This document shows, in pieces, positions 18,459-27,975 of a DNA stretch of 64,000 nt. The DNA is taken from positions 15,500-79,499 of the forward strand of contig JBCDFA010000001.1 of assembly GCA_039178835.1 (NCBI GenBank), read 5' to 3'. Below the pieces are notes generated by a model. That model was given only the letters and a program-made list of their open reading frames with translations. It searched no databases and was not told the DNA's origin. Both the position numbers and the translations under genes were made by a program. This stretch comes from Chloroflexota bacterium. GTDB taxonomy: Bacteria > Chloroflexota > Chloroflexia > Chloroflexales > Roseiflexaceae. Numbering within the stretch: the first letter of the stretch is position 1; each line of letters starts with the position of its first letter.

Positions 18459-20378
18459 ATGCAAACAGTCCATACCGTGCGATTTGTTATGAGCGCACAC
18501 GACATTCTCATTATGATGGGGTTGGTTCTCTCTATGGGTATCGCAACCCAACTACTCGCTGACTATATTAAATTACCAGCTATTGTTCCGTTGTTGGCAG
18601 TTGGGGTATTACTTGGCCCTGAGGTGCTGAACCTTGTTCGGCCTGATGAACTGGGTTTGGGGCTACGTGTAATCATTCCGCTTATGGTTGCTATTATTGT
18701 CTTCGAGGGAGGGATGGCACTGGATATCACCTATCTCCGACAAGTCTCACGTGTGGTGCGTAACCTCATTACGATTGGCTGTATCGTAACAGCACTCTTG
18801 GCTTCTGCCATTGCACACTGGCTGGTTGGTCTTGATTGGTCACTGGCTCTTTTGTTTGGTGCATTGGTCAGTATTACAGGGCCAACAGTCATCAATCCTT
18901 TGTTACGCCGGGCAGCGGTCACACAAAAGCTCAAAACAATCCTTATTGCTGAGGGTGTTTTGGTTGATGCGGTTGGTGCTGTTCTTGCCGTAGTCGTGTT
19001 GGAAGCCATCCTTGCACAACGCCAACCGCTCACAGGTTTTAGTGAGTGGGCCATTCGTGTGGGCGGTGGTGCGCTCATTGGTATTGCTGGTGGATGGTTG
19101 TTGGGGCGTGGCCTCCAACAGATAGGAAAACAGTTTTCACCTGAACTGACGCGACTGAGTGCTCTTGGCGGTGCGATTGCCATTTACACCATCGCTGACA
19201 CATTTAGTGCGGAAGCTGGTATTGCTGCGGCTGCGGCTGCTGGTATTGTAGTAGGCAATACACGATTTCCTCACGAGGAAGAAGTTCATCATTTTAAAGG
19301 TGATCTCACAACACTCGGTATCGGGGTCATCTTTATCTTATTGGCAGCCAACATACAGTTTGGTGATCTCGCGGCTCTTGGGTGGAATGGCGTGTTAGGA
19401 GTCGTTGCGTTGATGCTTTTGGTTCGCCCAGTGGCGGTGCTACTTTCAACGATTGGTACACGACTTACTATCAAAGAACGCTTGTTTATCTCCGCGGTCG
19501 GGCCACGTGGTATTGTTTCAGCCTCTTTTGCTACGTTCGCAGCGCTCCGTCTTGAAGATGCTGGTTATGCTGATAGTAATTTGCTTATTGGTCTGGTGTT
19601 CATGGTTGTTATTGGTACTGTCGTGGTCCAAAGTTTTTCAACGCCGTGGGTGGCCAAATGGTTAGGAGTACGTCCGATGCTTACAGTTATTATTGGTGCA
19701 GATCCACTAGGACGTGATCTGGCGCGTAATTTGCAGGCACAAGGCGAAGAGGTTGTGCTGATTGATCGAGATCCTCAAAGTGTTGCTCAGGCTCGCCAAC
19801 AGGAATTAACAGTCCTTGAAGGTGATGCATCCCATGAACAGGTGTTACGCAAAGCAGGTATTGAACGTGCACACAGTATTGTTGCAACAACGTCAAGCGA
19901 TAAGGCGAATCTCCTTATCTGTCAGTTAGCACGTTCGCGCTTTGGTATTAATGATCTTGTTGCACGTGTCAATGATGATGCAAATATCAAAATGTTTACA
20001 GAGCTTGGTATTCGTGCGATGAGTCCGAATGCTGTAGCTGTAATGGTCTTGGAAAATCTTTTGCGTCGCCCCAGTACACTCCAGTTATTGACCGATCTAG
20101 ATCCTGGCAAAGAGGTGCGAGAGGCGACGGTTCACAATCAGGTATTTGTTGGGAAAGCCTTGAAAGACCTTTCTCTCGAAGGTGATGTCCTGATCGTCAT
20201 GATCCGTCGCGCAAACAAGCTCTTTGTGCCACATGGGAGTACGACGCTGGCATATGGTGATCAAATTACGATTATTGGTGCTTCAGAAGATGCCGCATAT
20301 GCAGCATCTAATTTTGAGATCCAGACTGGCTCAGGTAAAGCATCGGTTGTTGGTGCAACCCCGGATATGTCCTCCTAA
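18459..20378 (+). CDS. Cation:proton antiporter (CPA1/Na+/H+ exchanger type) fused to C-terminal RCK (TrkA-N plus TrkA-C) domains
   Basis: 639 aa. About 12 TM segments are followed by a soluble region (VIIGADPLGRDLARNL Rossmann-like motif and a TrkA-C-like end). The start may instead be Met11 at 18489. Confidence 0.85.
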   Translation: MQTVHTVRFVMSAHDILIMMGLVLSMGIATQLLADYIKLPAIVPLLAVGVLLGPEVLNLVRPDELGLGLRVIIPLMVAIIVFEGGMALDITYLRQVSRVVRNLITIGCIVTALLASAIAHWLVGLDWSLALLFGALVSITGPTVINPLLRRAAVTQKLKTILIAEGVLVDAVGAVLAVVVLEAILAQRQPLTGFSEWAIRVGGGALIGIAGGWLLGRGLQQIGKQFSPELTRLSALGGAIAIYTIADTFSAEAGIAAAAAAGIVVGNTRFPHEEEVHHFKGDLTTLGIGVIFILLAANIQFGDLAALGWNGVLGVVALMLLVRPVAVLLSTIGTRLTIKERLFISAVGPRGIVSASFATFAALRLEDAGYADSNLLIGLVFMVVIGTVVVQSFSTPWVAKWLGVRPMLTVIIGADPLGRDLARNLQAQGEEVVLIDRDPQSVAQARQQELTVLEGDASHEQVLRKAGIERAHSIVATTSSDKANLLICQLARSRFGINDLVARVNDDANIKMFTELGIRAMSPNAVAVMVLENLLRRPSTLQLLTDLDPGKEVREATVHNQVFVGKALKDLSLEGDVLIVMIRRANKLFVPHGSTTLAYGDQITIIGASEDAAYAASNFEIQTGSGKASVVGATPDMSS

Positions 20379-20382
20379 TAAT

Positions 20383-21663
20383 TTATGATACGGCCATAGT
20401 GCGATATTGTGTGTCCAGTTCAAAGTTTTGGGCGGCTGTGTCAGCAATCGAATCGCCTATGGCCAACGACGATGTTGCTGCGGGAGAAGGTGCATTTCGT
20501 ACATGAATGATCCGATCATCCTGGTTAAAAACAAAATCATCAACAAGGCTGCCATCTGGTGCCAATGCCTGGGCACGTATTCCTGAAGGACCTTCTACTA
20601 CATCTTCTGAACGTATTTCTGGTACAAAGCGTTGAGCAGCCTTGACAAATAGATCTTTGCTAAAGTCACGAATCATTTCATCTAGCCCTGTACGCCAGTA
20701 CTTCAAAGCCAGTGACTGAAAACCACGGTAACTCATGGCTTCCCATAAATCCTGTGGGTTGATATCCCAGCGTTTGTATCCTTCTCGTCCAAAGGCCAGT
20801 ACCGCATTTGGTCCCAACCACATTGAACCATCCATTCGTAATGTGGAATGTACGCCGAGGAACGGAAATTCTGGATCAGGGACCGGGTAAATAAGCGCTC
20901 GAATCAAATGTTGTCGTTCTGGTTTGAGAACATAGTAGTCGCCACGGAAAGGAACGATCCGTGGCTCACGTGGAGCACCGCTCATCGCTGCAACTCGATC
21001 AGCATACACCCCTGCACAGCCAATTAAAAACCGTGTTGTAAAGGAGCCTGTCGTTGTTTGCACACGTACCTCAGTGGTTTGACGATCTATAGAGGTAACG
21101 CCACAATTGGTCAGAATGGTGCCTCCTGCTGTCTGGACCTCCTCAGCATAGGCTTCTGTTACTTGCTCATAATCGATAATACCAGTCTGTGGTGAGTAGA
21201 TAGCTTTAATACCGGTTGCATGTGGCTCGATCTCATGGAGCCGCTCAGGACCTATCATTTCGACTCCAGGGACTCCATTGGCGATCCCACGCCGATAAAT
21301 CTCTTCCAGTCGTGGAATCTCAGCTTCTTCTGTTGCCACAATGACCTTACCACACAGATTGTAGGGAATGCCTCGTTCTTCACAATATTGGATGAGGTCT
21401 GCCTTTCCTTGCACACACATACGGGCTTTGAGTGAACCAGGAGTGTAGTAAATTCCTGAATGCAAAACCCCACTGTTACGCCCTGTTTGATGCTGGGCGA
21501 TGGCAGGTTCTTTATCTAACACTGTTAATCGCAATGTCGGATAACGCTTCAGAAGTGTACGTGCTGTTGCAAGACCAATAATGCCTGCCCCAATAATGGT
21601 TACATCAGTATGGTGCCCTTCTGCAGAACCGTTTGTGGTCATAGCTGTGCCCCCGTTGATCAT
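20383..21663 (-). CDS. lhgO: FAD-dependent L-2-hydroxyglutarate oxidase/dehydrogenase
   Basis: 426 aa. GAGIIG dinucleotide motif. Long collinear similarity to E. coli LhgO as I recall it (HQTGRNSGV.H.G.YY.PGSLKA, PFRG.Y, IYP.PDP..PFLGVH, NAPSPAATS). Confidence 0.88.
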   Translation of the reverse strand: MINGGTAMTTNGSAEGHHTDVTIIGAGIIGLATARTLLKRYPTLRLTVLDKEPAIAQHQTGRNSGVLHSGIYYTPGSLKARMCVQGKADLIQYCEERGIPYNLCGKVIVATEEAEIPRLEEIYRRGIANGVPGVEMIGPERLHEIEPHATGIKAIYSPQTGIIDYEQVTEAYAEEVQTAGGTILTNCGVTSIDRQTTEVRVQTTTGSFTTRFLIGCAGVYADRVAAMSGAPREPRIVPFRGDYYVLKPERQHLIRALIYPVPDPEFPFLGVHSTLRMDGSMWLGPNAVLAFGREGYKRWDINPQDLWEAMSYRGFQSLALKYWRTGLDEMIRDFSKDLFVKAAQRFVPEIRSEDVVEGPSGIRAQALAPDGSLVDDFVFNQDDRIIHVRNAPSPAATSSLAIGDSIADTAAQNFELDTQYRTMAVS

Positions 21664-21762
21664 AAAGCTTTGTGCTTGATTATAGGTAACATTATAACAG
21701 GGGCCAGATTGTCTCTCAATGAATCCGATACGAACATCTTTTAAAGGTTTTTTGTTGACATA

Positions 21763-21804
21763 CTAAAAGGGTGTCAGATAACAAATTGCTTGTACTGACA
21801 CCCT
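21763..21804 (-). terminator. Hairpin terminator after the vWA lipoprotein gene
   Basis: Stem AAAGGGTGTCAG / CTGACACCCTTT with a 17-nt loop. On the minus strand it is followed by TTTTAG. It lies 26 nt past the stop at 21830. Confidence 0.5.
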
Positions 21805-21829
21805 TTCTTATCATCATAGGTTATTTAAT

Positions 21830-23335
21830 TTAGGTTGCCCCAACGGCCCGTGCAAGTTCTCGCTGGATAACTTGCACAACCAGATCGTCAAGCCGTTCAA
21901 CAGTAAAGGCATCAGGATCAACATTGTGCGTTGTTGTCTCACCTGGTGTTCCTGCTTCCTGCCCTGGTTGATAGGTTAAGAAGATAAAGGTGGCTAGCGT
22001 TTGTTGGGCTAATTGACGGAAAACATATTCTGCGTGATCATCCGTATTGCTGGCTGCGATTGGATAAATCTTGATGCCTTGCGTGACTGCGGCTCGGACT
22101 TCATCAACGTAGTTGTAATTGTTCGGCTCGTGGGGTGGTGCATCGGCAACAAGGAACACTAATCGCACCGCGTCGTCTGACCATGTTACTTTATTCATCG
22201 TCTCATGCAATCCTTCGTTGAGTGCCTCTGGTTCATCGCCGCCGCCATCAGCAGACACACTCAAGAGCAACTCTTCGAAAGCATCTACATCTGAAGTGAA
22301 ATCATAGGTGCGTGTCACAAAATCATCGCCATGATCACGATAGGCTACCAATCCAAAGCGTAACTCTGGTCGTGGTGAGAATTGGTCAATACGATCAGCA
22401 ATACTTATAATTGTTTGCTGAATTTGTGCAATCTCGTCTCCCATGCTGCCTGTCGCATCAAGCAAAAAGAGTACATCAAGGCGTGGCTGTTCTGGGCGTG
22501 CTTCTGCTCCCTCCAGCATATACGAGAAGGTCTCCTCCTGCCCACGGCTAAGCGTACCTTCTACCGCAGCGTTGCCCTTCTCGATCAGGACGCGTAGGGT
22601 TTGGCTACTGTCATTGATTCCCAGTGCCTTTGGAAAAGCAACGGTTGAACCACCGGCATAGGTGCGCCCTTCAAAGACTTGTTCTTCACCATCGAACAGC
22701 CGTACACGGGCATCAAGCACAGGTTGTTGCTGATCATTCGTTACCGTGAGCAGATACCGTTCGCTTACATCGATAATACGTCCTGGTGGGCTATAGAATG
22801 AGGAAAGGTAGGCCTGATATGCCGTAAAATCAGCATTGTCATCAACTTCGCCTGCCCTGAGTGGTGTTCCCTGTTGTTCGTTTTGCGTTGTCTGTTCAGG
22901 TGGTTGAATCTGTTCTGGTGGAGCAGGTGTTGGTGCGGGGCCACGGATTTCGGCTGCTGGCTCTGATGCAGCAAAATGTTCGTCCTCTGCTACACTACCT
23001 TCCTCTGAGGGGTTTCGGCTTGTTTCTGGTGGTGCCTCCATTGACTCTTCTACTGGCGCCTCTTCTTCTACAGGTGCATCTATAGCCCCGTGTCTAGATG
23101 TTCCTGTGGCATCATCGCCTGCGGAACCTGATACTGACTCTTCTGCTGGCGCCTCTTCTTGTTCACGGTTAACTGCACCTGTCGGTTGATTGACTCCGCT
23201 ACTAACTGAGCCACTTCCACCACACGCGGCAAAGAGGGGAAGTAGCAGTGCAAGAAGCAGGACAATCACAAGAGGAGATCGGTGGTACACAATAAGCCTC
23301 CTTGTGTAAGAGCATCTGAAGTAATACATACGCAT
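21830..23335 (-). CDS. Secreted lipoprotein with an acidic low-complexity linker and a C-terminal von Willebrand factor A domain
   Basis: Signal peptide plus lipobox (LFAAC|GG). MIDAS-like LLDATGSMGDE. vWA-type beta-alpha pattern through VFLVADAPPH. Confidence 0.8.
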   Translation of the reverse strand: MRMYYFRCSYTRRLIVYHRSPLVIVLLLALLLPLFAACGGSGSVSSGVNQPTGAVNREQEEAPAEESVSGSAGDDATGTSRHGAIDAPVEEEAPVEESMEAPPETSRNPSEEGSVAEDEHFAASEPAAEIRGPAPTPAPPEQIQPPEQTTQNEQQGTPLRAGEVDDNADFTAYQAYLSSFYSPPGRIIDVSERYLLTVTNDQQQPVLDARVRLFDGEEQVFEGRTYAGGSTVAFPKALGINDSSQTLRVLIEKGNAAVEGTLSRGQEETFSYMLEGAEARPEQPRLDVLFLLDATGSMGDEIAQIQQTIISIADRIDQFSPRPELRFGLVAYRDHGDDFVTRTYDFTSDVDAFEELLLSVSADGGGDEPEALNEGLHETMNKVTWSDDAVRLVFLVADAPPHEPNNYNYVDEVRAAVTQGIKIYPIAASNTDDHAEYVFRQLAQQTLATFIFLTYQPGQEAGTPGETTTHNVDPDAFTVERLDDLVVQVIQRELARAVGAT

Positions 23336-23378
23336 GACGTTGTATCTCTTACAAAGGTTCCCGCTGGAGATTTGCTTG

Positions 23379-24866
23379 TTAGTCCTCCCAGAATGGACGG
23401 ACCCAGCCGCGTTGTGCGAGGTCTGCGCGGAGTTCTAGCATGGCGGTATATGTTGGTAATACATAGAGGGTTTGATCTTGCGGTAATTGCTGTATCGCAT
23501 TATCTATAGCGTGAGAAAGCTCTGGTTCAATATGACAGCATTCTTCTGGAATGCCAGCATACTTAAGACGCACTGCCATATCCTCTGCACGGGTGCCACT
23601 GATGACGATATGTGAGACGTGTTTGTTGAGCTGCTCAAAGTCGGCATCCCACAACCACGATACGTCGGTACCATCGGCATGTTTGTCATTAATGGCAATA
23701 AGCAAATGCAAACGACGAGGTGTGGATTGGTCGCTAGCGCTGATCAACATACGTACTGTCTCACTTGCTCCTACCGGATTTTTGATCAACGCCAGCAATA
23801 GTGGCTTCCCGTCTGCATCAATGTGCTCGATCCGACCAAATGCAGCGTCAAAGTGTTCAAGGGTGGTGCGGATTTGCCTGGGTGGAATGCCTAATAAGAG
23901 TGCCGCTGAACTGGCCGCAAGAGCGTTTAAGGCGTTGTACAGACCTGGCAATGGAAGACGGCTCTCAAAAGCTCCTTCTGGATACAGAAGAAAGAGCCGA
24001 CTGGCAGAGGTTCCTTCAAGGTCAAGGCGTTCCAGTCGGTACTTTGGTGATGGTCGGTGTTTGTCACATTGGGGGCAGGTATAATGGCCGATATGTGCAT
24101 AAAAAATAGTACTGTACGTATATGGTGCACCACACGAATGACAGAATTGAGAATCGGCAATGTGCACAGTATGGTTGCTGGCGTGACGGGTATCTTCAAG
24201 TCCATAGAAAACAATCTGTGCCTTGAGCCCCTGTCCAAGATTGGCAATAGCTGGATCATCGGCATTCAGCAGGACGGTCGACGTTTCGGGCAGTTGGGTG
24301 AGTGCTGCATGCCATTGTTGTGCAATTGTGTCAACTTCCCCATAACGGTCGAGTTGGTCTCGAAAAAGGTTGTGCAAAATGATGAGGCGTGGTTGTGTTT
24401 CCCAAAGTGCTTCTGGCAGTGCTGCCTCATCGGTCTCGAACAGTGCTAATGATGCGTGTGGTTGTCCGGTCAAGGAGCTTTGTGTGAGTGCTGTTGCGGT
24501 CAGTCCGCTTAGGAGATTTGCACCGGCACGGTTGTGAATCAGCTCGTAGCCGTGGTCAGTAAGAATATTGGCAAGTAAGCGTGCCATGGTTGTTTTGCCA
24601 TTAGTACCCGCAATGAGTATGACCCCCTGATCAAGCTGTGCACTCAATCGGTGTAGTATATCCGGGGCTAGACGACGCGCGATAGTACCGGGGAGTGTTG
24701 TTCCTCCACCAAATTGCAAAACACGACTGGCGAACCCTGCTGTTTTGCCGATAGCAATAGCTGTGTAAAGGCGTATGTTGTGCAAATTGAACTTGTACTC
24801 CAGAATTATCCATGTCTTTGATACAGAAGCACGCGGTATTGTAGGGGTGTTTAGAATAACTGTCAA
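23379..24866 (-). CDS. murT: Lipid II isoglutaminyl synthase subunit MurT (Mur-ligase family with a Cys4 ribbon and DUF1727 C-terminus)
   Basis: 495 aa. AGTNGKTT P-loop, FRDQLDRYGE, Cys4 insert CHSCG...CPQC, and C-terminal NDKHADGTDVSWLWDADFE. It is collinear with S. aureus MurT as I recall it. Confidence 0.88.
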   Translation of the reverse strand: MTVILNTPTIPRASVSKTWIILEYKFNLHNIRLYTAIAIGKTAGFASRVLQFGGGTTLPGTIARRLAPDILHRLSAQLDQGVILIAGTNGKTTMARLLANILTDHGYELIHNRAGANLLSGLTATALTQSSLTGQPHASLALFETDEAALPEALWETQPRLIILHNLFRDQLDRYGEVDTIAQQWHAALTQLPETSTVLLNADDPAIANLGQGLKAQIVFYGLEDTRHASNHTVHIADSQFCHSCGAPYTYSTIFYAHIGHYTCPQCDKHRPSPKYRLERLDLEGTSASRLFLLYPEGAFESRLPLPGLYNALNALAASSAALLLGIPPRQIRTTLEHFDAAFGRIEHIDADGKPLLLALIKNPVGASETVRMLISASDQSTPRRLHLLIAINDKHADGTDVSWLWDADFEQLNKHVSHIVISGTRAEDMAVRLKYAGIPEECCHIEPELSHAIDNAIQQLPQDQTLYVLPTYTAMLELRADLAQRGWVRPFWED

Positions 24867-24952
24867 TGTGATGGGAAATCAAACAAAAGCGCCAGCAATA
24901 CTGCTGACGCCCTTTCAAAAACCAATATCTTTTATTTCAAAATCATCTTATT

Positions 24953-25609
24953 TTACCAAGCATCACCAGACTGTAAACCTCGGGTTGACAATAACGATTT
25001 TAATTTATGGAGACCTAAACGAACACGAGTCTTAATTGTTCCAAGTGGTCTATCTAATTTTGTTGCGATTTCCTGATGTGACATACCCCCGAAATAAGCC
25101 ATTTCCACTGCTTGACGCTGCGATTCCGGCAACTGACTCAGTGCATCGGTTATCACACGACGCCGCTCTGAATTCCAAGCTGTTTCTGCAATATCTATTT
25201 TGTCATCAGCTAACTGCTGAATAAGGGGGTGCTCCACGTCTTCATAAACAGACACAGGACGTGAACGCATACGTCGTAGCTCGTCAATACATAAATTATG
25301 AGCTACACCGAATAGCCATTGTGCTACACGGCCTCGATCCTTTTCAAAGCTACTACTGCGGCGCCAAACACGCCAGAACACTTCTTGCACCACATCTTCT
25401 GCCAATTCAGAATTTTTGACAATGCGAAGTGCCATTCGATAAATAACTGCTCCATATCGATCATACAGCACTTCCAAAGCTTGACTGTCTCCCATGGAGA
25501 TTGCTTCAATTAACGCATTATCATCTAGTTCGGCTGTCTTCCCTGGTAACACGGAAGTTCCCAAGGAGGTTGGATTAGGTGGGTAACTCTGTGTGCGTTC
25601 GACTGCCAT
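24953..25609 (-). CDS. ECF-type sigma-70 family RNA polymerase sigma factor
   Basis: 218 aa. Region 2 (DVVQEVFWRVWRR) and region 4.2 HTH (MSHQEIATKLDRPLGTIKTRVRLGLHKL). Confidence 0.9.
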   Translation of the reverse strand: MAVERTQSYPPNPTSLGTSVLPGKTAELDDNALIEAISMGDSQALEVLYDRYGAVIYRMALRIVKNSELAEDVVQEVFWRVWRRSSSFEKDRGRVAQWLFGVAHNLCIDELRRMRSRPVSVYEDVEHPLIQQLADDKIDIAETAWNSERRRVITDALSQLPESQRQAVEMAYFGGMSHQEIATKLDRPLGTIKTRVRLGLHKLKSLLSTRGLQSGDAW

Positions 25610-25800
25610 AACTTGTACTGCTCCTACCCTTATAGGGATTTGTATGCCTCAACTTTGTAGAAGGAGTATACGATACATACCAGGTTTTGTCAATACTTTG
25701 AACAGCTATTGCAAAAACTTTTGATTCAGCAAAGCGATGGCTTATAACAAGCCATCGCTTTGTCTCGGAACATTATGGGAACTTTAAGAAATCCTGAGAA

Positions 25801-26250
25801 TTAGGAAGTAAACATAAGTGTACGATCAGGCATGCTAAACATTTTGTCATCAGATGGATTGGCATGCCATTCTGTCTGCGTGCTGAATGGTGTTTTTTCT
25901 CGCTCCTCTTCAAAGTCATCATTGTGGTAGTCGTCAATGATAACTGCGCCACGCTCTTGTGACCAAGCAATCAGATCATCCATAGAAAACCAACCTGTGC
26001 GGTAGTTGCTTTGGTCATGTGGATTAAGCCAGAAACGCACTTCGCCATCCATCCATTGCCAGCGCTCTAACGAGTACCAGTCTTTTCCCTGGTTCTGGAG
26101 CGTAGCTTTTACCTCTTCCAGCAAGTGTAACAAATCTGGTAGGGACAGCCCTTTGGTTTGGCGCATCTCAAGAATGCGGCGATTACATTCGTTTCGCAAG
26201 TCTTCAAGCTCATCTATAGTCAAAGTATCAAAGTCAACCATTGCGATCAT
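25801..26250 (-). CDS. Hypothetical acidic protein
   Basis: ORF is open from 26265. The ATG at 26250 has GAGG about 8 nt upstream. I recognise no family. A hairpin at 25731-25762 follows the stop. Confidence 0.45.
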   Translation of the reverse strand: MIAMVDFDTLTIDELEDLRNECNRRILEMRQTKGLSLPDLLHLLEEVKATLQNQGKDWYSLERWQWMDGEVRFWLNPHDQSNYRTGWFSMDDLIAWSQERGAVIIDDYHNDDFEEEREKTPFSTQTEWHANPSDDKMFSMPDRTLMFTS

Positions 26251-26332
26251 TTTGGGATACCTCACAATTCTAGTGGTAATTATCCGTTGTGATTACATAA
26301 TGTATCTTGTGATCTTCGTATCCTTTACACTC

Positions 26333-26362
26333 ATTATAAAACGATAGTTATGACAGGCGCAA
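26333..26362 (-). promoter_or_regulatory. Sigma-70-like promoter for the 25801-26250 gene
   Basis: On the minus strand: TTGCGC (26362-26357), an 18-nt spacer, then TATAAT (26338-26333). Confidence 0.4.
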
Positions 26363-26380
26363 CGGGATTTTTTGCAATAA

Positions 26381-26460
26381 AAGATAAGAGTTTTGACATC
26401 TGTCAGGTCATATTTCTCCAAAGATAAGAGTTTTGACATCTGTCAGGTCATATTTCTCCA
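26381..26460. repeat. Perfect tandem duplication, 2 x 40 bp
   Basis: AAGATAAGAGTTTTGACATCTGTCAGGTCATATTTCTCCA occurs at 26381-26420 and again at 26421-26460 with no mismatch. Each copy contains the inverted repeat TGACA-tc-TGTCA. Confidence 0.97.
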
Positions 26461-26537
26461 TGGTTACACCTTCTATAGCATGTACGACCAAAATGGCGTA
26501 GTTGTTTCACTCCTTTATTTGGTGGCCAGGTAAATAC

Positions 26538-26569
26538 AAAAAAGCACACTGTACTATCACAGCATGCTT
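26538..26569 (-). terminator. Rho-independent terminator of tRNA-Cys
   Basis: Minus-strand stem AAGCATGCTGT / ACAGTGTGCTT (two G-U pairs) followed by TTTTTT. Confidence 0.5.
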
Positions 26570-26582
26570 TGCCAATATCGTA

Positions 26583-26657
<75 letters not shown>

Positions 26658-26666
26658 ACATTCAGG

Positions 26667-26695
26667 ATTCTAGCATAATCATTATGTCCTGTCAA
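26667..26695 (-). promoter_or_regulatory. Near-consensus promoter of tRNA-Cys
   Basis: On the minus strand: TTGACA (26695-26690), a 17-nt spacer, then TAGAAT (26672-26667). It ends 9 nt before the mature tRNA 5' end. Confidence 0.6.
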
Positions 26696-26935
26696 AGCTA
26701 TTGATTTACGGCTCTTTTTGTGATAGGATACAGGTATGTTTAAGATAAAAAAAGTGTACATATGTGCCGTTTTGTGCTACTAAGATTGTTTTATACACAT
26801 TCAGTAGTAGTTGTTTGAATATAAACATTACCTGCGTAATATTATAGATTTTACTACTTTACCCCATATCTATGTACACGATGTGGGGTTTTGTGTTTTC
26901 ATTACTCACAATGGTGTGATATCAGGAGTTGACCT

Positions 26936-27865
26936 ATGCAAGCTTTTGTTTTAAGTGGTGGGGGAAATCGTGGAGGAATTCAGGCAGGTGCGCTACTTGC
27001 TCTTATTGAGCGTGGTGTAAAGCCTAAGCTTATTGTAGGCACGTCGGTTGGCGCCATTAATAGTGTTGCACTCGCTGCTGACCCGACGCGCACAGGTATA
27101 GATCGTGTCGTTCGCTTGTGGCAAAATGTACGGCGCATTGATGTTTTTCCCGGTAACCCACTCACTGTTGGCTGGCGTATTCTTACAGGTCAAGGAAGCT
27201 TACATGATCAACGGAATTTTCAGCACTTTATTCGTGGAATGACACCAACAGATATTAAGTATTTTGCGGATCTCCACATTCCGTGTATTGTCACGGCCAC
27301 AAAGTTAGGTTCAGGTGAATTGCATCTCTTTGGTGTTGATAGGCAGGATTTGCTTATGGATGCTTTGATGGCTAGTACGGCTGTTCCGCCTTTTTTTGCG
27401 CCCTACCGCTACAAAGGTGAGTGGTTGGTGGATGGTGCTGTTGTAGCTAATTTACCGCTTGTTCCTGCATTAGAGCGCGGTGCACAGACGATCTATGTGC
27501 TGGAGATTATGGAGGAACATCGGCCAGCAGGTACCTATGGTTTGTTGCAAACACTTTCATCAGCCTTTCGTGCAATGTTGCGACGCCAACACGATATGGA
27601 ACGTCGTATTGCCGTGCTAAAACGTCGAGGTATTGCCATCCACACGATCAGGTTGTCGACCGATCCCGATCTGGCCTACGATAATTTTCGTACAACTGCT
27701 GCACAGGTTACAACCGGATATGATATAACCGCACGTTACCTTGATGAACAAATATCATCTGCTTCGACCACAAACATCATGGCTGGCATTGTGCGAAACC
27801 TCCTATCTCAATACCGGAATCGAAAACCTGGCGTTCCCACACCTTCTCGGAGCACCCCAACATAA
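26936..27865 (+). CDS. Patatin-like phospholipase
   Basis: 309 aa. Oxyanion GGGNRGG, nucleophile GTSVGA (GxSxG) and catalytic DGA (VDGAV). AGGAG lies upstream. Confidence 0.9.
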   Translation: MQAFVLSGGGNRGGIQAGALLALIERGVKPKLIVGTSVGAINSVALAADPTRTGIDRVVRLWQNVRRIDVFPGNPLTVGWRILTGQGSLHDQRNFQHFIRGMTPTDIKYFADLHIPCIVTATKLGSGELHLFGVDRQDLLMDALMASTAVPPFFAPYRYKGEWLVDGAVVANLPLVPALERGAQTIYVLEIMEEHRPAGTYGLLQTLSSAFRAMLRRQHDMERRIAVLKRRGIAIHTIRLSTDPDLAYDNFRTTAAQVTTGYDITARYLDEQISSASTTNIMAGIVRNLLSQYRNRKPGVPTPSRSTPT

Positions 27866-27975
27866 ACCAAGTTGCAGGGCCGTTCATACCTGTCGATACT
27901 GGGTATCGGTATTATTTGTGGTACTATTGAATATATCGATACACAGCAGTTCTAGTACAATTTTATGGAGGCAAC

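Noticed and set aside
26381-26460. A CRISPR array
   Set aside because: There are only two abutting 40-bp copies with no spacer between them, and no cas genes occur anywhere in the window. It is a tandem duplication.
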